Of a DNA stretch of 64,000 nt, positions 26,501 through 41,719 are shown piece by piece; the stretch's first letter is position 1; every line of letters starts with the position of its first letter. The DNA comes from Antedon mediterranea. Its lineage: Eukaryota > Animalia > Echinodermata. The notes under the pieces are model-generated. The model saw only the letters and a program-made list of their open reading frames with translations. It was not told the DNA's origin and made no database searches. The DNA lies in contig NC_092676.1 in assembly GCF_964355755.1 (NCBI RefSeq), positions 23,888,871 through 23,952,870 of the forward strand. Reading direction: 5' to 3'. The translations under genes were made by a program, and so were the position numbers.

Positions 26501-29500
26501 CCACCAAGTGACTCCCAGGAACAATCCGCCATTTTCTCACAAATACAGTATCAATTTTCACTATATTTAAAAAATTTTATCGTAATTGAGTTACACGCAA
26601 ATTAAAAGATGAGGGCTGAGTAAACGGGACCAGTGGTCGCACTCTAACTTATACTGGACGACTAAGGACGTACCTTAGTATAACCCCACCATGTGACTCC
26701 GAGGAACAATCCGCCGTTTTCTCACAAATACAGTATCAAATTTCACTATATTTTGAAATATTAATCGTAATTGAGTTACACTCAAACGTTAAAGATGAGG
26801 GCTGAGTAAACGGGACCAGTGGTCCCACTCTAACTTCTACTGGACAACTAAGGAGGTACCCTAGTATAATCCCACAAAGTGACTCCCAGGAACAATCCGC
26901 CATTTTCTCACAAATACAGTATCAAATTTCACTATATTTTTTTAATCGTAAATGAGTTACACTCAAATTTGAAAGATGAGGGCTGAGTAAACAGTACCAG
27001 TGGTCCCACTCTAACTTATACTGTACGACTAAGGAGGTACCCTAGTATAATCCCACCAAGTGACTCTCAGGAACAATCCGCCGTTTTCTCACAAATACAG
27101 TTTCAAATTTCACTATATTTTAAAAATCGTAAATGAGTTACACTCAAATTTTAAAGATGAGGGCTGAGTAAACGGGACTAGTGGTCCCACTCTAACTTAT
27201 ACTGGACGACTAAGGGGGTACCCTAGTATAATCCCACCAAGTGACTCCCAGGAACAATCCGCCATTTTTTCACAAATACAGTATCAAATTTCACTATATT
27301 TTAAAAATCGTAAATGAGTTACACTCAAATTTTAAAGATGAGGGCTGAGTAAACCGGACCAGTGGTCCCACTCTAACTTATACTGGACGACTAAGGGGGT
27401 AACCTAGTATAATCCCACCAAGTGACTCCCAGGAACAATCCGCCATTTTCTCACAAATACAGTATCAAATTTCACTATATTTTAAAATATTAATCGTAAT
27501 TGAGTTACACTCAAATGTTAAAGATGAGGGCTGAGTAAACGGGACCAGTGGTCCCACTCTAACTTATACTGGACAACTAAGGAGGTACCCTAGTATAATC
27601 CCACCAAGTGACTCCCAGGAACAATCCGCCATTTTCTCACAAATACAGTATCAAATTTCCCTATATTTTAAAAATCGTAAATGAGTTACACTCAAATTTT
27701 AAAGATGAGGGCTGAGTAAACCGGACCAGTGGTCCCACTCTAACTTATACTGGACGACTAAGGGGGTAACCTAGTATAATCCCACCAAGTGACTCCCAGG
27801 AACAATCCGCCATTTTCTCACAAATACAGTATCAAATTTCACTATATTTTTTTAATCGTAAATGAGTTACACTCAAATTTAAAAGATGAGGGCTGAGTAA
27901 ACAGTACCAGTGGTCCCACTCTAACTTATACTGTACGACTAAGGAGGTACCCTAGTATAATCCCACCAAGTGACTCCCAGGAACAATCCACCATTTTCTC
28001 ACAAATACAGTATCAAATTTCACTATATTTTAAAAATCGTAAATGAGTTACACTCAAATTTTAAAGATGAGGGCTGAGTAAACCGGACCAGTGGTCCCAC
28101 TCTAACTTATACTGGACGACTAAGGACGTACCCTAGTATAATCCCACCAAGTGACTCTCAGGAACAATCCGCCGTTTTCTCACAAATACAGTTTCAAATT
28201 TCACTATATTTTAAAAATTGTAAATGAGTTACACTCAAATTTTAAAGATGAGGGCTGAGTAAATGGGACCAGTGGTCCCACTCTAACTTATACTGGACGA
28301 CTAAGGGGGTACCCTAGTATAATCCCACCAAGTGACTCCCAGGAACAATCCGCCATTTTTTCACAAATACAGTATCAAATTTCACTATATTTTAAAAATC
28401 GTAAATGAGTTACACTCAAATGTTAAAGATGAGGGCTGAGTAAACCGGACCAGTGGTCCCACTCTAACTTATACTGGACGACTAAAGGGGTAACCTAGTA
28501 TAATCCCACCAAGTGACTCCCAGGAACAATCCGCCATTTTCTCACAAATACAGTATCAAATTTCACTATATTTTAAAATATTAATCGTAATTGAGTTACA
28601 CTCAAACGTTAAAGATGAGGGCTGAGTAAACGGGACCAGTGGTCCCACTCTAACTTATACTGGACAACTAAGGAGGTACCCTAGTATAATCCCACCAAGT
28701 GACTCCCAGGAACAATCCGCCATTTTCTCACAAATACAGTATCAAATTTCACTATATTTTAAAAATCGTAAATGAGTTACACTCAAATTTTAAAGATGAG
28801 GGCTGAGTAAACCGGACCAGTGGTCCCACTCTAACTTATACTGGACGACTAAGGGGGTAACCTAGTATAATCCCACCAAGTGACTCCCAGGAACAATCCG
28901 CCATTTTCTCACAAATACAGTATCAAATTTCACTATATTTTAAAATATTAATCGTAATTGAGTTACACTCAAACGTTAAAGATGAGGGCTGAGTAAACGG
29001 GACCAGTGGTCCCACTCTAACTTATACTGGACAACTAAGGAGGTACCCTAGTATAATCCCACCAAGTGACTCCCAGGAACAATCCGCCATTTTCTCACAA
29101 ATACAGTATCAAATTTCACTATATTTTAAAAATCGTAAATGAGTTACACTCAAATTTTAAAGATGAGGGCTGAGTAAACCGGACCAGTGGTCCCACTCTA
29201 ACTTATACTGGACGACTAAGGGGGTAACCTAGTATAATCCCACCAAGTGACTCCCAGGAACAATCCGCCATTTCCTCACAAATACAGTATCAAATTTCAC
29301 TATATTTTTTTAATCGTAAATGAGTTACACTCAAATTTAAAAGATGAGGGCTGAGTAAACAGTACCAGTGGTCCCACTCTAACTTATACTGTACGACTAA
29401 GGAGGTACCCTAGTATAATCCCACCAAGTGACTCTCAGGAACAATCCGCCGTTTTCTCACAAATACAGTTTCAAATTTCACTATATTTTAAAAATTGTAA

Positions 29501-30940
29501 ATGAGTTACACTCAAATTTTAAAGATGAGGGCTGAGTAAATGGGACCAGTGGTCCCACTCTAACTTATACTGGACGACTAAGGGGGTACCCTAGTATAAT
29601 CCCACCAAGTGACTCCCAGGATCAGGAACAATCCGCCATTTTTTCACAAATACAGTATCAAATTTCACTATATTTTAAAAATCGTAAATGAGTTACACTC
29701 AAATGTTAAAGATGAGTGCTGAGTAAACCGGACCAGTGGTCCCACTCTAACTTATACTGGACGACTAAGGGGGTAACCTAGTATAATCCCACCAAGTGAC
29801 TCCCAGGAACAATCCGCCATTTTCTCACAAATACAGTATCAAATTTCACTATATTTTAAAATATTAATCGTAATTGAGTTACACTCAAACGTTAAAGATG
29901 AGGGCTGAGTAAACGGGACCAGTGGTCCCACTCTAACTTATACTGGACAACTAAGGAGGTACCCTAGTATAATCCCACCAAGTGACTCCCAGGAACAATC
30001 CGCCATTTTCTCACAAATACAGTATCAAATTTCACTATATTTTAAAAATCGTAAATGAGTTACACTCAAATTTTAAAGATGAGGGCTGAGTAAACCGGAC
30101 CAGTGGTCCCACTCTAACTTATACTGGACGACTAAGGGGGTAACCTAGTATAATCCCACCAAGTGACTCCCAGGAACAATCCGCCATTTTCTCACAAATA
30201 CAGTATCAAATTTCACTATATTTTAAAATATTAATCGTAATTGAGTTACACTCAAACGTTAAAGATGAGGGCTGAGTAAACGGGACCAGTGGTCCCACTC
30301 TAACTTATACTGGACAACTAAGGAGGTACCCTAGTATAATCCCACCAAGTGACTCCAAGGAACAATCCGCCATTTTCTCACAAATACAGTATCAATTTTC
30401 ACTCTATTTTAAAAATTTTATCGTAATTGAGTTACACTCAAATTTAAAAGATGAGGGCTGAGTAAACGGGACCAGTGGTCGCACTCTAACTTATACTGGA
30501 CGACTAATGGGGTACCCTAATATAATCCCACCAAGTGAATCCCAGGAACAATCCGCCATTTTCTCACAAATACAATATCAATTTTCACTATATTTTAAAA
30601 ATTTTATCGTAATTGAGTTACACTCAAATTTAAAAGATGAGGGCTGAGTAAACGGAACCAGTGGTCGCACTCTAACTTATACTGAACGACTAAGGGGGTA
30701 CCCTAGTATAATCCCACCAAGTGACTCCCAGGAACAATCCGCCATTTTCTCACAAATACAGTTTCAAATTTAACTATATTTTAAAAATCGTAATTGAGTT
30801 ACACTCAAATTTTAAAGATGAGGGCTGAGTAAACGGGACCAGTGGTCCCACTCTAACTTATACTGGACGACTAAGGGGGTACCCTAGTATAATCCCACCA
30901 AGTGAATCCCAGGAACAATCCGCCGTTTTTCTCACAAATA
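20553..30940 (-). repeat. 181-bp satellite, inverted right arm of foldback A (~57 copies)
   Basis: Reverse complement of the same monomer; followed by an inverted copy (30941-31051) of the unique subterminal sequence 14976-15087. Confidence 0.97.
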
Positions 30941-31327
30941 TTTAATTCCTAATACCATAAAAGCCATAAGTAACAATGAAAATGTAAAGAATGCACAAAC
31001 GGCGTTTCATAGTTATTGTTGGCTGGAAAAAATAAAAGTGGGCTGGCTTATGAGCTATATTGTGTAGTCGTTTTTTGATAACTGAGAACTATCAGTGTGT
31101 ATCATCCTCGTACATAACTGTTTCTTAGTTGTAATAAAGATCACATTATTATAACATCTAGCATGTTATTATAATATATAAATTTATAGGTACCAATACT
31201 AATATTTTTATTTTCAAAAAAATTCGATAAGTATTTTAATAATACTAAAACAACATTCTTAATATAACAAATGATATGTAGTACTACTAAATCAATGTCT
31301 AATGCATAAAGGACTATGTACAGTATT

Positions 31328-34300
31328 ATGATCAGTGTAGTTACAATTTGATAACTGAGCACGCATCTTTTAATATCTACCTCATCAATAATTAGCATTG
31401 ATATCATATATCAGATTGTTGGATATGATCAGTGTAGTTACAATTTGATAACTGAGCACGCATCTTTTAATATCTACCTCATCAATAATTAGCATTGATA
31501 TCATATATCAGATTGTTGGATATGATCAGTGTAGTCATAATTTGATAACTGAGCACGCATCTTTTAATATCTAGGCCTACCTCATCAATAATTATTATTA
31601 ATAATCTATATCACATTGTTCGATATAATCAGTGTAGTCAAAATTTGATAACTGAGCACGCATCTTTTAATATCTACCTCATCAATAATTATTACTAATA
31701 ATCTATATCACATTGTGCGATATGATCAGTGTAGTCAGAATTTGATAACTGAGCACGCATCTTTTAATATCTACCTCATCAATAATTATTATTAATAATC
31801 TATATCACATTGTTCGATATAATCAGTGTAGTCAAAATTTGATAACTGAGCACGCATCTTTTAATATCTACCTCATCAATAATTATTACTAATATATCAC
31901 ATTGTGCGATATGATCAGTGTAGTCAGAATTTGATAACTGAGCACGCATCTTTTAATATCTACCTCATCAATAATTATTATTAATATCTTATATCACATT
32001 GTTGGATATGATCAGTGTAGTCATAATTTGATAACTGAGCACGCATCTTTAAATGTTTACCTCATCAATAATTATTATTAATAATCTATAGCACATTGTT
32101 TGATATGATCATTGTAGTCATAATTTGATAACTGAGCACGCACCTTTTAATATCTACCTCATCAATAATTAATGTTAATAATCTAAATCACATTGTTGGA
32201 TATGATCAGTGTAGTCATAATTTGATTACTGAGCACGCATCTTTTAATATCTACCTCATCAATAATTATTATTAATATCTTATATCACATTGTTGGATAT
32301 GATCAGTGTAGTCATAATTTGATAACTGAGCACGCATCTTTAAATATCTACATCATCAATAATTATTAATAATAATCTATATCACATTTTGGGATATGAT
32401 CAGTGTAGTCATAATTTGATAACTGAGCACGCATCTTTTAATATCTACCTCATCAATAATTATTATTAATATCTTATATCACATTGTTGGATATGATCAG
32501 TGTAGTCAGAATTTGATAACTGAGCACGCATCTTTAAATATCTTACCTCATCAATAATTATTATTAATAATCTATATCACATTGTTGGATATAATCAGTG
32601 TAGTCATAATTTGATAACTGAGCACGCATCTTTTAATATCTACCTCATCAATAATTATTATTAATAATCTATAGCACATTGTTTGATATGATCAGTGTAG
32701 TCATAATTTGATAACTGAGCACGCATCTTTAAATATCTACATCATCAATAATTATTAATAATAATCTATATCACATTTTTGGATATGATCAGTGTAGTCA
32801 TAATTTGATAACTGAGCACGCATCTTTAAATATCCACCTAATCAATAATTATTAATAATATCATATATCACATTGTTCGATATGATCAGTGTAGTCAGAA
32901 TTTGATAACTGAGCACGCATCTTTTAATATCTACCTCATCAATAATTATTATTAATATCTTATATCACATTGTTGGATATGATCAGTGTAGTCAGAATTT
33001 GATAACTGAGCACGCATCTTTTAATATCTACCTCATCAATAATTATTATTAATAATCTATAGCACATTGTTTGATATGATCAGTGTAGTCATAATTTGAT
33101 AACTGAGCACGCATCTTTAAATATCTACCTCATCAATAATTATTATTAATAATCTATAGCACATTGTTTGATATGATCAGTGTAGTCAGAATTTGATAAC
33201 TGAGCACGCATCTTTAAATATCTACATCATCAATAATTATTAATAATAATCTATATCACATTGTGGGATATGATCAGTGTAGTCATAATTTGATAACTGA
33301 GCACGCATCTTTTAATATCTACCTCATCAATAATTATTATTAATATCTTATATCACATTGTTGGATATGATCAGTGTAGTCAGAATTTGATAACTGAGCA
33401 CGCATCTTTCAATATCTACCTCATCAATAATTGTTATTAATATCTTATATCACATTGTTGGATATGATCAGTGTAGTCAGAATTTGATAACTGAGCACGC
33501 ATCTTTTAATATCTATTTCATCAATAATATTATTAATACTCTACATCACACTGTTGGATATAATCAGTGTAGTCATAATTTGATAACTGAGCACGCATCT
33601 TTAAATATCTACCTCATCAATAATTATTATTAATAATCTATGTCACATTGTTGGATATGATCTGTATATTCATAATTTGTTATAACGCATCTTTTAATAT
33701 CTACCTAATCAATAATAATTATTAATATCTTATATCACATTGTTGGATATGATCAGTGTAGTCAGAATTTGATAACTGAGCACGCATCTTTTAATATCTA
33801 CCTCATCAATAATTATTATTAATAATCTATAGCACATTGTTTGATATGATCAGTGTAGTCATAATTTGATAACTGAGCACGCATCTTTAAATATCTACCT
33901 CATCAATAATTATTATTAATAATCTATAGCACATTGTTTGATATGATCAGTGTAGTCAGAATTTGATAACTGAGCACGCATCTTTTAATATCTACCTCAT
34001 CAATAATTATTATTAATAATCTATAGCACATTGTTTGATATGATCAGTGTAGTCATAATTTGATAACTGAGCACGCATCTTTTAATATCTACCTCATCAA
34101 TGATTAATGTTAATAATCTAAATCACATTGTTGGATATGATCAGTGTAGTCATAATTTGATAACTGAGCACGCATCTTTAAATATCTACCTCATCAATAA
34201 TTATTATTAATAATCTATATCACATTGTTGGATATAATCAGTGTAGTCATAATTTGATAACTGAGCACGCATCTTTAAATATCTACATCATCAATAATTA

Positions 34301-35200
34301 TTAATAATAATCTATATCACATTTTGGGATATGATTAGTGTAGTCATAATTTGATAACTGAGCACGCATCTTTCAATATCTACATCATCAATAATTATTA
34401 TTAATATCTTATATCACATTGTTTGATATGATCAGTGTAGTCATAATTTGATAACTGAGCACGCATCTTTAAATATCTACATCATCAATAATTATTAATA
34501 ATAATCTATATCACATTGTGGGATATGATCAGTGTAGTCATAATTTGATAACTGAGCACGCATCTTTAAATATCTACCTCATCAATAATTATTATTAAGA
34601 TCTTATATCACAATGTTGGATACGATTAGTGTAGTCAGAATTTGATAACTGAGCACGCATCTTTAAATATCTACATCATCAATAATTATTAATAATAATC
34701 TATATCACATTGTGGGATATGATCAGTGTAGTCATAATTTGATAACTGAGCACGCATCTTTTAATATCTACCTCATCAATAATTATTATTAATATCTTAT
34801 ATCACATTGTTGGATATGATCAGTGTAGTCAGAATTTGATAACTGAGCACGCATCTTTCAATATCTACCTCATCAATAATTGTTATTAATATCTTATATC
34901 ACATTGTTGGATATGATCAGTGTAGTCAGAATTTGATAACTGAGCACGCATCTTTTAATATCTATTTCATCAATAATATTATTAATACTCTACATCACAC
35001 TGTTGGATATAATCAGTGTAGTCATAATTTGATAACTGAGCACGCATCTTTAAATATCTACCTCATCAATAATTATTATTAATAATCTATGTCACATTGT
35101 TGGATATGATCTGTATATTCATAATTTGTTATAACGCATCTTTTAATATCTACCTAATCAATAATAATTATTAATACTTAATGTTGGATATGATCAGTGT
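31328..35200 (+). repeat. 97-bp AT-rich satellite, left arm of foldback B (~40 copies)
   Basis: Unit ATATGATCAGTGTAGTCATAATTTGATAACTGAGCACGCATC...CACATTGTTGG, period 97 (e.g. 31423 to 31520). Confidence 0.96.
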
Positions 35201-35879
35201 GATTTTGTTAGATTTACTGTATACAAGAGATCGAGTCGATGGATTTTGAAAATGTGTTATTCTTTTGTTCCTAATTACCCTATTGATTTGTATCCGTTTG
35301 CTGTTTAAATTTATACTTTTAAGAACGCATCGTTTATGATGAACGTGTGCCGTTGTAAAAATAAAAATATTCCATATCTTTTTATGTTTGATATGTATTG
35401 TAGGGGCCATCATGAGACATGCTTTGGCTTCTATTGAGGGTCCCAGTTCTTCTTAACAGAATAAATGTGCAGTGAATGAATAATTTGATAAATGAGGACG
35501 TGTGTTTTAACATCGATCTATTCAGACCGTAATACTCTTCCAGAAATGATATGTTGCTATAATAGGCCTATGACAAATTTCCATTACATTAATAATTCAA
35601 TTAAGATTTGAAATGTGTCAGAAATACTAAAGAAATCCAGTAATCTTATTGATTAATAATTATTTATACCATTTCTGATGAACGAACAGAAAACTAAACT
35701 TGCAGCCAATCAAAAAGCTGCTGTACTGTATAAGTAGGGAATTTTAAGTAGGAGTTGTTTTAAATGTCATTGGTCTCGGCTAATCAGTTATTGCCATTTG
35801 ACTATGATAGGCATCTTTATTACCAAACAATATTAAAATGTAATGATTTCCTTCACTTTTTACAACCTAGTTTGTGTTT

Positions 35880-38800
35880 TAAAATGTCAATTTTGGATAA
35901 ATTTACAGATTTTACTATTTAAACTGCGTAAACTTAATGCTAACTTTAAAAAAACACCCACAAACATCATCCAAACAACTTAATATTGATTATACCACTA
36001 CAAGAACTATAAAAGAGGACAATTTATGAAATAATTTCATTGAAATAGCTCTAGGTTTGAATTTTTAGGGTAAAAGATGTCAATTTTGGATAAATTTACA
36101 GATTTTGCCATGTAAACTGTGCAAACTTTAAAAAAACACCCCACAAACATCATCCAAACCACTTAATATTGAGTATACCACTACTAGAACTATAAAAAAG
36201 GACAATTTATGAAATAATTTTATTGAAATAGCTCTAGGTTTGAATTTTTAGGGTAAAAAATGTCAATTTTGGATAAATTTACAGATTTTACCATGTAAAC
36301 TGCGTAAACTTAATGCAAACTTTTAAAAAACACCCACAAACATCATCCAAACAACTTAATATTGATTATACCACTACTAGAACTATAAAAGAGGACAATT
36401 TATGAAATAATTTTATTGAAATAGCTCTGGTTTGAATTTTTAGGGTAAAAAATGTCAATTTTGGATAAATTTACAGATTTTGCCATGTAAACTGCGTAAA
36501 CTTAATGCTAACTTAACAAAAACACCCCACAAACATCATTCAAACAACTTAATATTGATTATATCACTACTAGAACTGTAAAAGAAGAGAATTTTTGAAA
36601 TCAATTTATTGAAATAGCTCTAAGTTTGACTTTTTAGGGTGAAAAATGTCAATTTTGGATAAATTTACAGATTTTACCATGTAAACTGCGTAAACTTAAT
36701 GCTAACTTAACAAAAACACCCCACAAACATCATCCAAACAACTTAATATTGATTATACCACTACTAGAACTATAAAAGAGGACAATTTATGAAATCAATT
36801 TATTGAAATAGCTCTAAGTTTGACTTTTTAGGGTGAAAAATGTCAATTTTGGATAAATTTACAGATTTTACCATTTAAACAGCGTAAACTTAATGCAAAC
36901 TTTAAAAAAACACCCACAAACATCATCCAAACCACTTAATATTGATTATACCACTACAAGAACTATAAAAGAGGACAATTTATGAAATAATTTTATTGAA
37001 ATAGCTCTAGGTTTGAATTTTTAGGGTAAAAGATGTCAATTTTGGATAAATTTACAGATTTTGCCATGTAAACTGTGCAAACTTTAAAAAAACACCCCAC
37101 AAACATCATCCAAACCACTTAATATTGAGTATACCACTACTAGAACTATAAAAGAGGACAATTTATGAAATAATTTTATTGAAATAGCTCTAGGTTTGAA
37201 TTTTTAGGGTAAAAAATGTCAATTTTGGATAAATTTACAGATTTTACCATGTAAACTGCGTAAACTTAATGCAAACTTTTAAAAAACACCCACAAACATC
37301 ATCCAAACAACTTAATATTGATTATACCACTACTAGAACTATAAAAGAGGACAATTTATGAAATAATTTTATTGAAATAGCTCTGGTTTGAATTTTTAGG
37401 GTAAAAAATGTCAATTTTGGATAAATTTACAGATTTTGCCATGTAAACTGCATAAACTTAATGCTAACTTAACAAAAACACCCCACAAACATCATTCAAA
37501 CAACTTAATATTGATTATATCACTACTAGAACTGTAAAAAAAGAGAATTTTTGAAATCAATTTATTGAAATAGCTCTAAGTTTGACTTTTTAGGGTGAAA
37601 AATGTCAATTTTGGATAAATTTACAGATTTTACCATGTAAACTGCGTAAACTTAATGCTAACTTAACAAAAACACCCCACAAACATCATCCAAACAACTT
37701 AATATTGATTATACCACTACTAGAACTATAAAAGAAGACAATTTATGAAATCAATTTATTGAAATAGCTCTAAGTTTGACTTTTTAGGGTGAAAAATGTA
37801 AATTTTGGATAAATTTACAGATTTTACCATTTAAACAGCGTAAACTTAATGCAAACTTTAAAAAAACACCCACAAACATCATCCAAACCACTTAATATTG
37901 ATTATACCACTACAAGAACTATAAAAGAGGACAATTTATGAAATAATTTTATTGAAATAGCTCTAGGTTTGAATTTTTAGGGTAAAAGATGTCAATTTTG
38001 GATAAATTTACAGATTTTGCCATGTAAACTGTGCAAACTTTAAAAAAACACCCCACAAACATCATCCAAACCACTTAATATTGAGTATACCACTACTAGA
38101 ACTATAAAAGAGGACAATTTATGAAATAATTTTATTGAAATAGCTCTAGGTTTGAATTTTTAGGGTAAAAAATGTCAATTTTGGATAAATTTACAGATTT
38201 TACCATGTAAACTGCGTAAACTTAATGCAAACTTTTAAAAAACACCCACAAACATCATCCAAACAACTTAATATTGATTATACCACTACTAGAACTATAA
38301 AAGAGGACAATTTATGAAATAATTTTATTGAAATAGCTCTGGTTTGAATTTTTAGGGTAAAAAATGTCAATTTTGGATAAATTTACAGATTTTGCCATGT
38401 AAACTGCGTAAACTTAATGCTAACTTAACAAAAACACCCCACAAACATCATTCAAACAACTTAATATTGATTATATCACTACTAGAACTGTAAAAAAAGA
38501 GAATTTTTGAAATCAATTTATTGAAATAGCTCTGAAGTTTGACTTTTTAGGGTGAAAAATGTCAATTTTGGATAAATTTACAGATTTTACCATTTAAACT
38601 GCGTAAACTTAATGCAAACTTTAAAAAAACACCCACAAACATCATCCAAACAACTTAATATTGATTATACCACTACAAGAACTATAAAAGAGGACAATTT
38701 ATGAAATAATTTCATTGAAATAGCTCTAGGTTTGATTTTTTAGGGTGAAAAATGTAAACTTTGGATAAATTGACAGATTTTACCATGTAAACTGTGCAAA

Positions 38801-39750
38801 CTTTAAAAAAAACACCCCACAAACATCATCCAAACAACTTAATATTGATTATACCACTACTAGAACTATAAAAGAGGACAATTTATGAAATCATTTTATT
38901 AAAATAGTTCTAGGTATAAATTGACACATTTTACCATGTAAACTGTGCAAACTTTTAAAAAACACCCCACAAACATCATCCAAACCACTTAATATTGATT
39001 ATATCATTATTAGAACTATAAAAGAGGACAATTTATGAAATAATTTTATTGAAATGGCTCTAAGATTTTTTTAGGAGTGAAAAATGTCAATTTTGGATAA
39101 TTGACAGATTTTACCATGTAAACTGCGTAAACTTAATTAAAAAATACCCCACAAACATTATTCAAACAATTGAATACTGATTATACCACTACTAGAACTA
39201 TAAAAGAAGACAATTTATGAAATCATTTTATTAAAATAGTTCTAGGTTTGACATTTTTGGGGTGATTATGAAATAATTTTATTGAAATAGCTCTAGGAAT
39301 AAATTGACACATTTTACCATGTAAACTGTGCAAACTTTTAAAAAACACCCCACAAACATCATCCAAACCACTTTGATTATATCATTATTAGAACCATAAA
39401 AAGAGGACAATTTATGAAATAATTTTATTGAAATGGCTCTAAGATTTTTTTAGGAGTGAAAAATGTCAATTTTGGATAATTGACAGATTTTACCATCTAA
39501 ACTGCGTAAACTTAATTAAAAAATACCCCACAAACATCATTCAAACAATTGAATACTGATTATACCACTACTAGAAATATAAAAGAAGACAATTTATAAA
39601 ATCATTTTATTATTAAATAGCTCTAGGTTTGACATTTTTGGGGTAAAAAACCACTTAATATTGATTATCACTAAAACTATAAAAGAAGACAACTTATGAA
39701 ATGATTTTATTGAAATAGGTCAAAGTTTGACCTTTTGGATAAATTGAACT
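35880..39750. repeat. ~193-bp satellite (~20 copies) with 956-bp pentamer higher-order repeat
   Basis: Units of 183-194 bp; the AAGATGTC/short variant recurs at 36077, 37033 and 37989; array decays after ~38900. Confidence 0.95.
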
Positions 39751-40625
39751 TTACAATGCAAAAAAGGCCATCTGCAATCATCCTTCAAACCACTTATTAT
39801 ATTAAGACAATATTAATATTTGAAGCAGATATAAAATGATGCATGCTCAGTTATCAAATGACTAGGCCTACACTGATCATATTTGATGGTATATAGACAA
39901 TTAATATTAATTATTGTTGAGGTAGTTCAAACTATGATTACACTGATCATATCCAAAATTGTGATATAGAATATTATTAATAGTTATGGAAAAGATAGAT
40001 ATTAAAAAACTAAACAGATCATATCCAACAGTTTGATATAGATTATTAATATTAATTAATGATGATGCAGATATTAAAAGATTTTTGCTCAGTTATCAAT
40101 TTATGACTACACTGATCATATCCAACTATGTGATATAGATTATTAATAATAATTATTGATGAAATAGATATTGAAAGATGCATGCTCAGTTATCAAATTA
40201 TGACTACACTAATCATATCCAACATTGTGATATAGATTATTAATAATAATTATTGATGAGGTAGATATTAAAAGATGCATGCTCAGTTATCAAACTATGA
40301 CTACACTGATCATATCCAACATTGTGATATAGGATATTATTAATAGTTATTGATAAGGTAGATATTAAAAAACCAAACAGATCATATCCAACAGTGTAAT
40401 ATAGATTATTAATATTAATTATTAATGAGGTAGATATTCTTCTTCTTTATTGTATCAAACAAAAACAATTTCAATACAAAAGGTAGCCAAGGTATAGCCA
40501 AAGCTAATCAAGCTTGGTACCTTTTATCTTAAACTAACTTAAGCTACGAAATTAACAAATGAATAACAGAACTTAAAAGAAAATAAAAATTTGATAACGT
40601 CAAAAACCAAACAAAAAATGTTGAA

Positions 40626-41719
40626 TCTATATTATAAGTGAGAGAGTTTGTCTGTTTGTCTGTTTGTTCGTTATACAAAATTTTGTTACTGCACATAATC
40701 TTACATATGGGGTATCAAAATGACCGCAATTGTACCGGGAATGTTCTAAGCTATATTTCAACATCATCCGCCACCTAGGATCCAAGTTAGGGACCAAAAT
40801 GTGGTCAAAACCCCCACTTTCGATGTTTGTTCGTTATAAAAATTTCTGTGTCTGCACGTAACCATACGTATGGGGTATCAAAATGATGGCAATTGTACCC
40901 GGAAGGTTTTAAACTACATTTTAAAAAATTCCCCCGACTCCTGGGGTTTTTGTGGAATGGGTGGGGGGGGGGGGGGTGGTTGTGTGGTGGCTTGTGATGT
41001 CATTTTTGCTAGGGCTCGGGGTTGTAGGCTATCGAATTGTAAAATTATACTACAAAAGTTTTACAGTATTTGAATTATCCTCAGCAAGGCGTTTGGGGAA
41101 ATATAGATATAGCTATACATATTTCATTCATTAAACAATATGACACCTATTCAATTACACATTAACTGCCACTGAGGGATTATGGGTTGGGAGTGATAAT
41201 AATATAAATTGTACTGGAACCGGCTTCAACAGATCACCCAGTGTATCTGGCGTGTGTTTTTTGTAGAGGGAGGAGGAGCGAAAATACTAGCGTAATGAAG
41301 TAGCCTATATGATTGGATTGTACTAGGAAAAGTTACTAAATTTGAACTGTCCAGGGGAGGAGTTAAGGTTTGTTGATGGTGGCTGGGGTGGTGAAAGGAG
41401 AAAGAAGGCTGGGTGCCCGCAGTATCTAAATTACAAATTTTAATTATCAGCCAATATGACACCTATTCATTTACACAATTTACAACGTACTACAACCATT
41501 ATTAGACCCATCGTAGTTATGAATACTCCTCTCAATTCGAAGCTTAGGTTGAATTGAATTTGTCCATCACTGGGAAGATTTTGTTTTTAAGAAAGAGTAT
41601 GGGGTGTTGTTGAGGGGTCGATGTTGGTGAGTATAGACAGATACTGGCGTCGGGTGTTATGTACTGAGAAGGCTGTAAACTAATTTTGAAACCCGCCCTG
41701 GGGCGGGTATAATTGCTAG
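40626..41719 (+). mobile_element. Non-autonomous Helitron, copy 1 (internally deleted)
   Basis: 5' TCTATATTATA, GTTT/GTCT microsatellite, 3' hairpin ACCCGCCC-TG-GGGCGGGT, terminal CTAG; preceded by A. Confidence 0.9.

Noticed and set aside
35200-35880. Transposase gene in the unique centre of element B (80-aa ORF 35171-35413)
   Set aside because: No recognisable DDE, zinc-finger or other domain, and the ORF runs into the satellite. A profile search could still reveal a remnant.
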